The notes under the pieces were generated by a model. That model worked only from the letters and a program-made list of their open reading frames with translations. It made no database searches and had not been told where the DNA came from. The translations under genes and the position numbers were made by a program. DNA of 64,000 bases, taken from assembly GCA_036172245.1 (NCBI GenBank), contig JAYWIR010000031.1, positions 1,240,001 through 1,304,000 on the forward strand, in the 5' to 3' direction. Each line of letters begins with the position of its first letter. Within the stretch, counting starts at the first letter, position 1. This stretch comes from Raillietiella orientalis. Taxonomy: Eukaryota. This document shows positions 24,721 through 36,599 of the stretch, piece after piece.

Positions 24721-26737
24721 CTACGATTCCATCGCTCAAACATTTTGTAGAACAAAAAGTTCCAAGTGTCAGTGTTCTGCGACACCAAAGAGCAGCCACA
24801 AGTAACTTAGCCAGCTCGATCAGTGAAGATCAGATTTCAGTGCCTTTTTTCTCGAACGTCGTGTATTTGGAGAGCCACAGCGAGGTCACCCATAAAAAGG
24901 AAATTAAGGTGCAGCCCTTCCATAAGATTTTTCTCCAATTAGAACCTGCGTCCGAAAAATCAGTATCTGGATCGGAATTTTAGTTGAGCGTTTCGCGTAA
25001 GAATCATCGGGCAGAAAGCCAAAAAAAAATCAGAGGGTAGCTGCATCCTTTGACACCTCTTTGGGACCAAAATATGAAGAACAGGAAAGCGAGCATGCAG
25101 GCCTGCAGATAAGTTTCGGAAACTCAGGAGCAGATTCAACAGCATTCTATCCTAGGCAGTATTTTGAAGGGTGCTCAATTTCACTTCTTGCAGAAACAGG
25201 AAGAGAGGTCGTGTACAGCAACTGGTCTTATCTTAGCGTTCAAGCAAATAATACGGGACCAACATCTACCAAAATAGAGCTGCTGACTTGGTTGCCGACC
25301 CGACCACCAATGGCGAAGAAATATCAACGCAGTAGGAGCTTTTTTCCCATCTGGCTAGCGGTTGCTTGATGGATACCTTAATCTGAGTTCCCATCCACAT
25401 TAAGGACCGAAAACTCATTTTGGATGAAGGAACCCATTCGACCATACGCAACGATTCTCAAAATTTGCGAGAACCCTTCATTCGAGAAGCGACCACCAGT
25501 AAAGGGGGGCAGTCAATATCCTGAGGAACCGTTCTTGTGCTATCCGAGGTGGTAGTTGTTTCCTCACACGTAACTTCCCTTCGCGAGGCTGCGGTAGGTC
25601 TGGTTGCTCTGGCGACGTACCCTCGGGGCAAGTGCGCGCCTAACAAGTAAGGAGGGAAGGTCACGGTCGAAGCCTTCGGTCAGGAAACTTTGGCACTCGA
25701 GGCAACTTCACGCAGGATCATCGAGGAGTAAAAGAGATACGGGCAGAGCCGGACGCGGACACAAAGTCGACGACACGGGGCTGTGTGGACGGACGGGTCT
25801 CATCGGTGGTGCGTGGAATTCTCTCGAATGGACGTGCTCCTGGTTTTTGGTGTCTCTTTTGCCGGGGACGGGAGTCCTTTGGCTGTAGAATTCGCATTTC
25901 CGAGGAACGGGCGTTCTCTTCATCCCCTTCTCCGCCCCCGTCTCCTGGACTCGCGTTCGCTTGTCGCGGGGACGGGAGTCCGCTGGCTGACGACGGGAGG
26001 ACTCGCGCACTTTTGCAGCCTCGACAGAGCACAGACTCGTCCGGGAGGGCAGGAGGGCGGCGGAGAAGACCAGACTTTTAGGCGGAGCCCGGTCGCAGCA
26101 GCCGAGAATAAGGGAAAGGGAAAGGGAGAAGGAGGACGAGATGTCTTCCTGGAGCGACGGCGGAGCCAGCGATCAACGGAGGAACGGCACCGGGGAGACC
26201 CCTAACGCGGAGCGCTGTGAGCCTAACAGGTCGTGACCTCCCTTCTTCACAAAAGCCCGGCAAGCCATCAGTCGTCCGATCGGCTCCTTAACGTTACCAA
26301 GACAATGCCGAATCAGATGGGGGCCGAAGGATCATTTTTTTCCCTCTTCGCTGGCAAGCGAAAAGCGGATGCTGTTTGGCAGGAATGTTCTCTATCAACC
26401 CGTGCGCCCCCCGTCCCTGAAGCAGAGTCGATTGCCAGGAAGCTGGAACGGATGCTCGAACTCTTGCTTCCAGGTCTCCAGCCGCCGAATACCACCTACT
26501 CCCCGACACCGCGACCTGCTCGACGCCGGAACCGTGCACTCCAGACGCTCGCCGAGTACTGACACCCCAGTGGAGTGGTCTCTTCGCGTCCTTGTCGCCT
26601 GCTGGCTCCAGCTCTCCATGTTGTGTGTTCCCGGAAGACCCTTCATGTCTTTTGAAGCTCCGCCTGCGTCGGCTCAGGTTGTTCGCTTCTGACCCGCTTG
26701 TCGTCCGATCTCTTTATTTGTCACCCGGATTTGCTGA

Positions 26738-27110
26738 GGCATTTATTATTAAAAAATTTTATAAAAATTTTATAATAAAGACGTCAGGGACATTGTTATG
26801 GTGGTGGAATACTCGGTTCTACCACGCGCGGAGGACTTGCCATAAACCGGGACGCAGACCGGTGAGATCTGCTCCAGCGGCGAAGAAAGGAAAACTAAAC
26901 AAAAATAAACAAAAAATCAGAAACAGTGGGAGGGAAATTTTTCTTGGGGAGGGAAGGGAGGGGAAGGGATCACTGGTCTCATGAAGTCGTCCTCTGCATC
27001 CTGTTCCGGATGCTGACAAGTGCTGATTTTATAGTTCTTGGTCGGGGCCATCGAGAAGCGGTCTCCAAGAAGATTTCCGCCCAGTGGATGGCACCCCTGC
27101 TGTTTTCGTC
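26738..27110 (-). mobile_element. 3' end of the Tx1/L1-like LINE family (minus strand)
   Basis: Reverse complement aligns with 43345-43682 (shared GCCATCCACTGGGC, CACTTGTCAGCATCC.GAACAGGATGCAGAG, GTGATCCC); ends in AATAAATGCC at 26747-26738. Confidence 0.8.
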
Positions 27111-27149
27111 TCTTCTTTTCACCTTCCATCGATCTCTTTGTACGGAGGC

Positions 27150-28171
27150 TGTGGTTCGCTAACTACTCAAGAACAGTTGTTCTTGAGTAGTTAGCGAACA
27201 CGAAGGATATCCTGGGGGATCACGAAGCTCTTCAGCACTGTCCATGCTGCCAGAGGGGGCGTGCGCCTCTTCAAGTTTGAGAACAACCCCTTAAAGACCA
27301 CCCGATGAATCCAAGAAGACTTCGGAGGAGTCCCTTCCCCCTACGCTTGGGAGGGAACCTCGAAGGAAGCCTCTTCGGGGTTCCCTTCGGAGCCTCTGGA
27401 GGAAGGCCTCGGGAAACGGACGACGACGACGGCAGCTCACCGACGCTGCGACCCCGATTGCTCGACCTCGTGGACTTTTGCGCTGGGGCGTGCTACTGGG
27501 TATTTCGGAGGAAGACCTGAACCCGGTGCTCATGAACACCCGCACCCTCTCCGTGGCATTGATGCGGCTGCACTAGGGCCTCCCGTGCAACGCCCGCCGG
27601 CATCACTGAACCCAAACTGTGCAATGTGCGGGGAGCGGGAATCTCTTCCTCACATCCTAGTGGACCATGTTGCCCTCCAGCCCCTCTGAGAACGCTTTGC
27701 CGCGACCCTTGGAACCCCCGGCGGCAACGCCAGAGACGATGTAAAGCGCCTCTTAATGAGCGACGTCCTCACGCCGGCCGCATCCCCAGAAGCACTCTGT
27801 TACTCTCATGAGACCGTGGAGGCGTGGAGAGACGCCAACGGAGGATTCAAAGACAGGGACGCCATCCACTTTGCCCTCAGTTTTTTGCAGATAGATGGCC
27901 CCACCTGGACGTCAATATCAAACAAGACCTTGCTGGCATTCTCCAAAGGATGCAGAGAATCGCCCTTAGCAGAACGTGATCCCTTCCCGCGACCTCACCC
28001 CCAGAATTGTTTTATTTTTATTCTGTTTCTTTTTCTTTTTTTGTTTGCCTCCTCCCCTCTGCTGCCGTGGTGGACGTCACCGGTCTGCGAACCGGTAGCA
28101 TGTCAGGGAAAGTGGCCGGACCATCGGTCCAACCACAAAAATTGCAAAATATTTTATTTTAAATAAACGCC
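27150..28171 (+). mobile_element. Tx1/L1-like LINE 3' fragment, internally deleted (zf-RVT region plus 3' UTR)
   Basis: Collinear with 52280-52500 and 53377-54174; encodes NCAMCGERESLPHILVD (zf-RVT CxxC..E...H); ends AATAAACGCC. Confidence 0.8.
27154..27199. repeat. Perfect 22-bp inverted repeat, 2-nt loop
   Basis: GTTCGCTAACTACTCAAGAACA-GT-TGTTCTTGAGTAGTTAGCGAAC. Confidence 0.97.
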
Positions 28172-28182
28172 TACTGGGTGAA

Positions 28183-28305
28183 AACCAGTGCCTCCGCACC
28201 CAGATAGGCCAACCAGCATCATCCTGCTGGGGGAGACCCGAGATCCACGAAGCATCCATTTCTCGGAGTCGGTCCTTTATTTTCACCCGGTAACGTCGGG
28301 GTGTT
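28183..28305 (-). mobile_element. Partial copy of the tRNA-derived SINE (body segment, decayed B box)
   Basis: Aligns with 54374-54506 (ATAGGCCAA.CAGC.TCATC.TGC, TTTCTCGG.GTCGGTCCTT). Confidence 0.7.
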
Positions 28306-28330
28306 TCTTGTAAAAAAAAAAAAAAAAAAA

Positions 28331-28887
28331 ACATTTACAAAAAAAAAAGCAATCATATTAAATATAAAAATATCTTTCTTTGTAGTGGCTCTACATGACC
28401 ACTACGAAGGGAAATGCCGCCTCGAAGGCACTGCTTCTCGTGAGCAGCTCCTCCGGCGAGGCTCGCACAGGAGGCGTGGAGGGAGCAGTAAACGAAAGCA
28501 AAAGAAACACACGCACACAAGAGTTCAGTTTAAAAATGTGTTGGAAGGGGAGGGGGGGAAAGGGGTCGCAGATTTCTCCCTGGCGTCCTCAGCATCCTCT
28601 GGAGGATGTTGACAACTTCCTCCTTCTGTTGGCAGAGATGTGACCATCTTGTCTTCTTTCTCATGAAGGAGCAGAACGATTGGGATGACCTCACTGTTCG
28701 ACAGGCCTCTTTCGGCGCAGCTTTTCTCGCCGTCGCGATCCCACGAAGTCAGCGCAGGGCTGCGAGGGAAGCTGCACCGAGTCGCGCGCAAGATGCGCCG
28801 CAAAACCGTCGATCCTTTCCAGGGATCCGAACCCGCAATGCCTATTACCACGCGCGGAGAGCGTAGCCACACGGCCTCCAGTGCGGG
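28331..28887 (-). mobile_element. tRNA-derived SINE with sense Tx1/L1-like LINE 3' tail
   Basis: On -: A-box-like TGGAGGCCGTGTGG (28880-28867) and B box GGGTTCGGATCCC (28834-28822). The head is shared with the 45.4 and 54.5 kb copies. 28700-28331 matches the LINE 3' end (translates CQHPPEDAEDA vs CQHPEQDAED in the 27.0 and 43.4 kb copies). Confidence 0.7.
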
Positions 28888-29479
28888 CGGTCGCCGTGGT
28901 AAGACGGCAGTGGCGATGGCGTCCCCCCTTTTGCAGTGACGGCTGCTTGGCCTCCGGAGGCAATTCGCAGCTGTCGTCGTCGTCGTCATTGTCATCTTCA
29001 GAGTCGGGTCCGCGTCGAGCTGAGCGACCAAGGCACGCAGCGTTGCGCCTTCTACAGCAGCTCGCCAATCTTTCCGTTTGCGGTGACCTCGTCGCCGGCC
29101 GCCGAAAGAAGGTCGTGACTCGTGCTCCCTTGCCTTCGAGAAGAGCGAGCGAGGTCACACTGGTCTCCAACACGTCCCTCGTTCCCTTCCCGGTCACCAG
29201 TGCGTCCTCGGCATCTCTTTGTACGCACGAGCTTCCTGGCCACTCCTCTTTCGAGTGTTCCCGGCACCATCCGTCCCGAGGAAGACACGCAGGTCAAGGC
29301 GCCACCTGGCCATCAGCCGGAAGGTGCCCGTGGCTGGAGGATTGCGCGAGGTTGCTGGCAGGCAGTGCGATGTCGAAGTAGGGCGCCGCGTTGGCAAGGA
29401 GACCTGGCACGCATGCGCGAAACGTACGTGGCCCAAAGTAGATTGGTCGAATAAGATAAAGGCGAAAGGATAAGAGAGA

Positions 29480-31100
29480 AAGAGAGAAAATGCTTTATTC
29501 AGCCACGAGTGACCTTGGGGCAAGCTAGTTGTAAGTAGCTGTCCACTCCAAGCCGTCAGGGCGTTGGTGGCCTTGGTGATCTCGCACGGTGCGCGTCCTT
29601 TTCCATCGGTCGAAGATCCAGGCATCTTGCTGCACCACCGGGGCTTCCCTCGAAATGAGGGACTCCACTGAGTCCCTCGGAAGGGATCCCCGAGGAATCT
29701 GCCTCACTGCGGGGGTAATGACGACACCGCCATGCGCGCTTCCTGCACGCGGAAGACTGCGTCAGGGATGGAAGGGTATCGCTGAGACATTTCGGTTTCC
29801 CAATGCCCCATAGGCCTGTTCGAAGACATGTTCATTGCCTTGAGGTCGGTCTACCTAGTTCCCTATTGATCTTGCCTCTACTTCCCGCTTCCGGTGAAGG
29901 TTGACCCCATTCGTTGGGGCCACCGATTTATCCATCTGTTTGCATGTTGGTGGGAGGTTAATAAACGGTCCAGCAGACTGGGATGGACAGGCCGAGGCCT
30001 AGAATTCAGAATCATGGGTTCCCGGTTTAGGAAGCGTGGAATGGAGACCGTGCGTCCAAGATGGACGCTTTCCAGATGCTCCTCAGATCGCTCTCCCGTT
30101 CTTCCTGTTCCATAGAGGTCGCCCGCCTCCGTTCTTGCGCGAAGCACGCCCCATGGCTGCTCGTGCGAAAAGCGGGAGGGATAGAGCGGAATTCTCCTGA
30201 AGGCAGAAGGACTCACGAAGTGTATGTGTGTGTGCATTCCCAATGCCTTCGACGGTATCGGCAACCCTGGAGCTCTCCCCATCCCCGTCCTTGGAACCTC
30301 TGCCGGTGAGGAGGCACGGAGGGCGCACGCCTCCATATGACCGGATGAGATTGGACGCCAAGCGAGCGGTATGGGCGGCGGACAGCTCCCTACCTACGAG
30401 GGCAGTGCCCCACGAGCAGATGCGCAGCCGGACCGCTCGTTCAGACGACAAGTGGCATCGCGGTACGCTACAGGGTGTTCGCGACCGCTGCTCCTGACGT
30501 ACCAGGCGGCGCTGGCTGACCGAGAGGAAGAAGCGTTGGTGGCCTGTGGTCTCCGGGAGCTGGCCTGGAGCTTCCTGCACAACTGGCGCCTCGGATCCGG
30601 TCGCCGCCATCCTCGACGTCCGGAAGGCCAGCGGCAATTCCGGAGGAGAGCCCAGCCGGCCATCCTCTTTTCCTCCTCCGGAAGAGCACCGGAGTTGGCA
30701 TGAACGCCAGAGGTGGGCACACGATCGGTTCCAGGAGGACGCTCGGCATTCGCTCTCACCCCTCACGCGCGCAGGCATCGCCTGAGGGCCCGTGCTCCCT
30801 GCAACCTCCGGTATGGACGGCCCGGAATCTGGACGAGATCGATGGCAGCAAGAAGTCCTCTCCTCTCCTCCTCAGGACCACGCAGCGCACCTGGGCCTGC
30901 ATATTCGTCTCGTTCGGCCCGCTTGCTTTCAGGGACAGTGGTCAGCAAGTCTTAGCGGCCTCGAGAGGAGCTCCGCGACGCGGGGGTAGCTGGGCCTCGG
31001 AACAGTCGGAAGCCCCGGGAGCGGGAATATGAGGGTTGAAGATGAGGAAAGTCCCTCCGTAAGCTGAGGACCAGCGCGGCAATGCATTCGGAGAGATGAC
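29480..31100 (-). mobile_element. R1/I/Jockey-like LINE relic (endonuclease remnant plus RT N-terminal half)
   Basis: GRAPGLPIPSKAL (cf. KAPGPDGI...L), PSWTHGLHSTLPKPG...FINLPPTCKQMDKSV (cf. P..WK.A....IPKPG...YRPI.LLP...K..EK.V), QIPRGS (cf. GVPQGS), and upstream ETN...RRGEDFL (APE-like). Confidence 0.55.
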
Positions 31101-31179
31101 CAGACCGTTTGGAAATGATTTGCGCGGTGGATCTCCCTGACACTCTCTCGGTGGATGCAAGGAGCTATCATTTCCTCAC

Positions 31180-31210
31180 CCAGAGGCGCGGACGGGATCC
31201 GCGCCTCTGG
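31180..31210. repeat. Perfect 13-bp inverted repeat, 5-nt loop
   Basis: CCAGAGGCGCGGA-CGGGA-TCCGCGCCTCTGG. Confidence 0.9.
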
Positions 31211-32431
31211 AAGAGGGTAACGGCTCGCTCAGATGAATTTCATCCCGAGAAGGAAAGGCCCGACCCGTCTTCGACCCCTTCCGGGAAGTTCATGGGAAGG
31301 CGAGGAAAATGGGGAGTCATCTCAGAGACGCCGGATATCCGTCAAGACATCTGCAAGGAGGGACTTTCGCTTCGGCGAGCGCCCTGAGGGGAAGTCATCG
31401 CGCGCACGAGAAGATCGGAAAGGTAAAGGGTGGAACGAAGGGCAAAACGGGGAGGGAGCTCGACCTCGGCCACCTAGGATTGCCGCAGAACTCACACGCG
31501 TGCCAGGTCTGCGGAAGCATCGGGAGGGCGGGGTCTCCGCGGTAGCACGTTCCTCTCTGACCCGCCGCTGTTCCGTGCTGAAAGGGCAGCTTGGCCGTTC
31601 GCGATGTTTCTTCGGGGGTGGAAGCCGCGCCACTGGAGAGGTCACTCATGGAAACGAGATGGAAGGAGGGAGGGGGGAAGCACTCCTCGGAACACCCCGG
31701 AGACCCGACGGGAAGTGGGCGACCACTTCTCCACGGCACTGGCCCGCCGGTCACCGGGGGGGAAGCCGACTACGGGAGCGGCAGCGGCGGCTCGGAGGAG
31801 CACGCGCTGCGGGTTGCCTGCTGTCCGCTGTCGCGCATGCGTGACCTTGGGGCAAGCCGATCGCTCCAGCTGCCCCCCAGGCAAGCCCCGTGGCAACGCC
31901 TGCGAGCCCTCGCCGTGGGCCGTGCGCGTCGGCGTCGGCGGCAGAGGAGCGCCCGACCCCGAGGCGGCGGCCGAGCTCGTGGTGGGAGGCGCGCAGGGAC
32001 CCGCCGGCCACCGCCGCCCTCAGGAACTCTTTTCCCCTTCCGTCCCTCTTTGCGCATCGGCCCGCCGCAAGAGGGCCGAGGGCTTTGGGGAGGACGCCCG
32101 ACACATCCTCGCGCGCGCGCGCGCACGGGACCACACGCGAGAGCGCCGATCAGCTGGGGTGCCCTTCTTCGAGCCATGCAGGCGGAGAGGGGGGGAAGGG
32201 GAGGAGGAAGCGACCACCTACCGCGCTCCAACTTCACACCCACAGGCCACTTGGCTACAGCCGCATTGGGAGGAATGGGAAGATGGCGGTAAACGTACGA
32301 GGAGGAAGGGAGGGGGAAGAGGAGGAGGTGGAGGTAAAGGAAGAGGAGAGAGGGAGAAAGAAGGGAAGAAGAGAGGAGGAAACGAAAGGGAAGGGTGCGC
32401 ATCCTTTTCCACGTGAACAGGGAAAAAATCT

Positions 32432-32437
32432 TTTATT
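32432..32437 (-). terminator. Probable poly(A) signal of the ogre/inx1 gene
   Basis: AATAAA on - about 270 nt downstream of the stop codon. Confidence 0.5.
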
Positions 32438-32703
32438 TCAGTAAAAAAAAAAAGGGTGCGTGGGGTGGGGTGGGGAAGAAAAACGGGGGGCGTGGCTGGA
32501 TCCAGGGGAGCCGCTGGCACCTTCGCTTGGACGCTCGCGGGAGCGTCTGCTCTCTTGAGATCGCAGCGACGTCGGCGAGGATGACCTCCGGCGAGCGCTG
32601 CCCAGCTCGGCGCGGGGTGTGTGGGCAGGGCAGGCGCTCCCGGAGGACGCGAGCGGATTCCTTCGCTCTTCCTCCTCCTCCTTCCCCCTGGGGGAGGCAG
32701 ACT

Positions 32704-33273
32704 CTACATATTGCTCTCGGCGGTCTCGATCCTCTTTGACAGTTCCGACACAACCTCCTTGTACACGAGCGGGTCCATGTTCCGGCCCAGCATGTAGAGG
32801 ATCCAGAAGTCGCCGAGCCCGCACTTCCTGGTCAGGGCGCGGGCCGTCTCCAGACCGACGTACTTGTGCGTGTAGTGTATGATGAGGGGACGAAACTTGG
32901 GGACGAACACGATGAGCATCCGGTACAGCAGGAGCGCGCACAGCATCGCCGCCATGGCAATGAACCAGAACCAGATGAAGATGTAGCTCTTCTCGTTGAA
33001 GATGTTCAGGGAGAGGACGCACATGGAGTCGTGCCGCTGTATGGTCCCGGAAGGACCAAACTTGTGGAACGTGCACTTCGTTATCCTGGGGAACACGTAC
33101 ACCATCGGATCCACCCTGTCTTCCTGCTGGGACTCGGAAAACTCCAGGACCTTCAACCCATAGGTCAGGAACTCGTGATCGAAGAACCGGTCCATGAGGT
33201 ACAGCTGGCCGACGACGTTCACGAAGCACAGCAGCTCGCAGAAGAAGTAGCGCAGCGCGTACAGGTTGTGGTG
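32704..33273 (-). CDS. ogre: Innexin 1 (ogre-like), coding exon 2 (189 aa plus stop)
   Basis: HHNLYALRYFFCELL...RVDPMVYVFPRITKCTFHKFGPSG..HDSMCVLSLNIFNEKSYIFIWFWF...GDFWILYMLGRNMDPLVYKEV, typical of Inx1. Acceptor tctctctttgcAG ends at 33274, phase 0, in frame with exon 1. Confidence 0.93.
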   Translation of the reverse strand, partial: HHNLYALRYFFCELLCFVNVVGQLYLMDRFFDHEFLTYGLKVLEFSESQQEDRVDPMVYVFPRITKCTFHKFGPSGTIQRHDSMCVLSLNIFNEKSYIFIWFWFIAMAAMLCALLLYRMLIVFVPKFRPLIIHYTHKYVGLETARALTRKCGLGDFWILYMLGRNMDPLVYKEVVSELSKRIETAESNM

Positions 33274-35649
33274 CTGCAAAGAGAGATGCCCGCTTGAGGA
33301 TGAACTCTCTCCTGGTGGGGCAAGGGGCCTCCTCCAGCCCTGAGGGCCTTCCCCTGTGTCGGGAGAGTCGCGTCTTCCCGGAGAGGATCCCGAACGGAAG
33401 GACCCGCACCACCAAGCATCCTTAGGCTGGAAGGAGGACGGGGAAGTGGCGAGAGCCAGCCTCCCAGTGAGGGTTCCCGGAGGAGCTGGGTGACCCGGGA
33501 TGCGTTCACTCCTCGGGAGGCCTCGCAGGCTGGGTCCACCCGGTCCGCGGGCTGCGGCCACACGTCAGGACTCCCTGGAGGGAAGAAAGAAGGGGTGGCC
33601 TCACGCACCTCCCCCCCCTTGAAACTCTCGCTCATGCCGACGCTGGGCGGGGCAATTCCCGGTCCCGGACGCGGGGGAAGCCGGCGGATTCCGGGCGGAA
33701 GGGCGGAACGGTTGCAGGACAGTGATTACCATCAGCGGAACGCACGCACAGAAAGAGCGACGCGGCTTTGCCACCCCTTTCGCACTCCCCCCTCCCCCCA
33801 TTGCATGCCGCTTCCGCTCCCAACGAGTACGGAGCGCCGTCGCATTCTTCCCCTTCTTTCCTCGCCAACCTCCCACCGGACGGAAAGGAATTGACACGCG
33901 TGGAACCGACGATAAGGAACGAAAGAATACGCTCTTTCCCCACCCATCCCGCGGTCCTCGACCGAGTCCCGCAAACCGTCTGTGCCCTTCCCCTGCACAG
34001 AGTCCCAGGTACTCCCCCCCCCCCAGTGTGCCTTCCTTGCGGGTGTCTTGGGAGGTGCAAATGCCGCAGCAGCGAGTACTACCACATCCCGGCTGGAGGA
34101 AGGAACCATCCACCGGTCTGAACGCGCAGCACCTGTCCTGTCCAGAGCAGTGGTCCAGGAGCATGAAGACGACCGAAGGCCCTCCAGGAGACATTCGTCC
34201 GACAAGTATTTTCACTTTCCACAGGCCGGGTGGCAGGCTTCCGTCGCCTGTACCACCCGATCGGAAGGTCTGCGAGAGATGGAGCTCAAGGGCATCGGGA
34301 TGCCCCCCCTCGGCTACCTAAGCGACGTATGGACTCTCTGAAAAGGTCGTTGCTACCCGTCCACGTAAGGTCCACTTCTACTTGGATGCTGCGCGCACTG
34401 TGCTTGTCTTGTATTCTTATCACGCCGTTTCCTCCATAACTGTGCAGGGGTTTCAAAGCATCTTTACAGCTGCGGCAAGAAGCGTAGACGTGCTTTCGGT
34501 CATCAGAGCTGGAGAAACAGGTTCCAGGAACAACGGAGTTATCGGCTTCCCAGGATAATCTCCCTTCTTCCTGTTGGACTGCCAACCACCAACGAGCACG
34601 TCTTTTCCGATGCTCGCGCCGCTGTAACGCAGCGCACATAGGAGGGCGCGCCTCTTGTGTGACAGATGTAAGGCTCGTGGCTTCCCTTCCGCCGGAGGAG
34701 GCAGCAGACACCCTAGCAACCGGCGGCGTCGCTGGGAATTCCCGAGCGAGTCCGCGCGGAATTCGAAAGGTCCGCGCCAGAGCCGCCTTTTTCCCGATAC
34801 CGGGAAACGCCGATCAAGTGCCTCTGTCTCCCTCCTCCCTTCCTCCGAGTGCGCTTTCCACGCACCCCGACTCCATTCCTCAGAAGCAGCAGCGGAATCT
34901 TCTGGAGACGGAGAAGAGGGCGAAAGTGTTTTCTCTCCTGAGAAACGAACTGCTTGAACGACCAGGAGGCGGCCACGCGCGAACCCACGGATGGGTCGGC
35001 AGATCTGCAGGAAAACGCGCAAACGGTTGACGCAGAGGTTTTCCATGCACGAAACACGGAAATCACAGACCGATTAGGTCGGCTATTTTTTTTTTTTTTT
35101 TTCCCTTTCCTTTTTTTTATCCATCGTGCCCTTCCTCCTCCCGTCTTGTTCCACCACGAGTCCCATTGTGCTGTTCCCAAAACTTCCTGCCCATTGTTCT
35201 TGAGAGCGAAGGCCGCGGGGTGGGGAGAGAAAATGACGATGACTTCCACAACGGTTACCAGCCGTCCCCATTCGTCACGTGCACTCTGTGCTTTCTGCCT
35301 TCTTCTTCTGCCTGGTGCGAACACTCACGCGCACGCGCCCGTTGGCAAGCGGGGGGGCGGCGGCGGCGGACGTTTCCCTCACGCCAAGAACGGTTGGTTT
35401 CCCTGTGCTCCGAACGTGCACACGCGGACCGTGCGTCGATCTGTGCACGAGGACGACGTGGACAGATTTCCCCGCTGACCTCGGATGTAGGGTGACCGGA
35501 GAGCAGAGCAAAGCGTCACGAACAAAAAAGCACGATGACCCTTACCGCTCCCGGATGCCACTTGAGGAACATCTTAACGGGATCCTAGCAATGGAATGAA
35601 GACGTCTACCTATCCGATGCTGCCATCCCTCATGTGGGCCTCTGATCGC

Positions 35650-36420
35650 ATCAGCTCATCTTGCCAGATTCGCATCAGCAAAGGTTTCCAGCACGGAGGG
35701 CGAGGAGTCCCTCTGCGAATGAAAGCAGCGAAGGAGATATGGGAAAGAAACAAAAACCCTGCCCACTCGACACGCAGCCAGCAGCTCTTTTCCTCGGAGG
35801 CAGCCCCGTCGTTATCGCAACAAGGAACTGCAGCGTGAGGCCAGTCGGCATGGTTTCACCCGACATCGGAAACGAGCCGGCAGTGTTCGATTTTCGTGTG
35901 CAATCACGGAAAGCCTGCGAACACAGCCGCGAAACTTTCTGCTGGAGGGAGCTCGGTTGGTGAATGAGGTCATCTGAGGTCATAGCATCGTACTTCATAA
36001 GCTTTTTAATCGCTCTGAAAGTCATATCCTGGTGCCATAAAAACGCTGCCGCTACTGTCAAACGAAACGCTCCCCCCCAAAACGAACTGCGTAGGGGGGG
36101 TTCCAGATAGGTGGAGAGTGCTCTCGAGAACGAGATGTGCTTTCGCTTTCGATGCAAGGCAGAACGGCGACATGGCCAGACTTCGAACTGGCTCCGCCCT
36201 CGAGGACAAAGAAACCAAAGCAACAACGTTCAAGTTCACGCTCCCCCTTCCTGTTTCCAGGGTCCCCTCTTCCTTCGAGACTGCAGCCGACTTTTTTATT
36301 GAGAGAAATGAGGCGGAGGTGCTTGAGACGCCAACGAACCTTGACAAAAGACCGCTCGCTCCCTGGAATGCCACGTGCGAAAGAGAAACGCCGCGGCTGA
36401 ACGCGGTGGACACCTTTCGC
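35650..36420 (+). mobile_element. Tc1-like transposase relic inside the ogre intron
   Basis: AADFFIERNEAEVLETPTNLDKRPLAPW (cf. T..FL....VEVL.WP..SPDLNPIE..W); upstream FPARRARSP and FCWRELGW. Weak. Confidence 0.35.
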
Positions 36421-36599
36421 GTCCGCGCCGCGGACCCCCTCCGCGCGGGCCCTTCATACAACACCGGAGGAGTGCAGTGCACCTTCCGGCATGCTCCGGG
36501 CGGCGCGCGCCTGGACGCGCAGGCATCCGCTTCCTTCCGAGGAGCAATCCCGACAGGTCATCGGTCGTGCTAGGCTCGCTAGCATTCAAGCACCCCGAT

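Noticed and set aside
28800..28887. Functional tRNA genes at the A/B-box sites (also 45.4 and 54.5 kb)
   Set aside because: No convincing cloverleaf; copies are diverged and share downstream body sequence, which fits SINE heads.
33274..33561. N-terminal extension of ORF 32704-33561
   Set aside because: Intronic read-through upstream of the clear acceptor; no innexin similarity.
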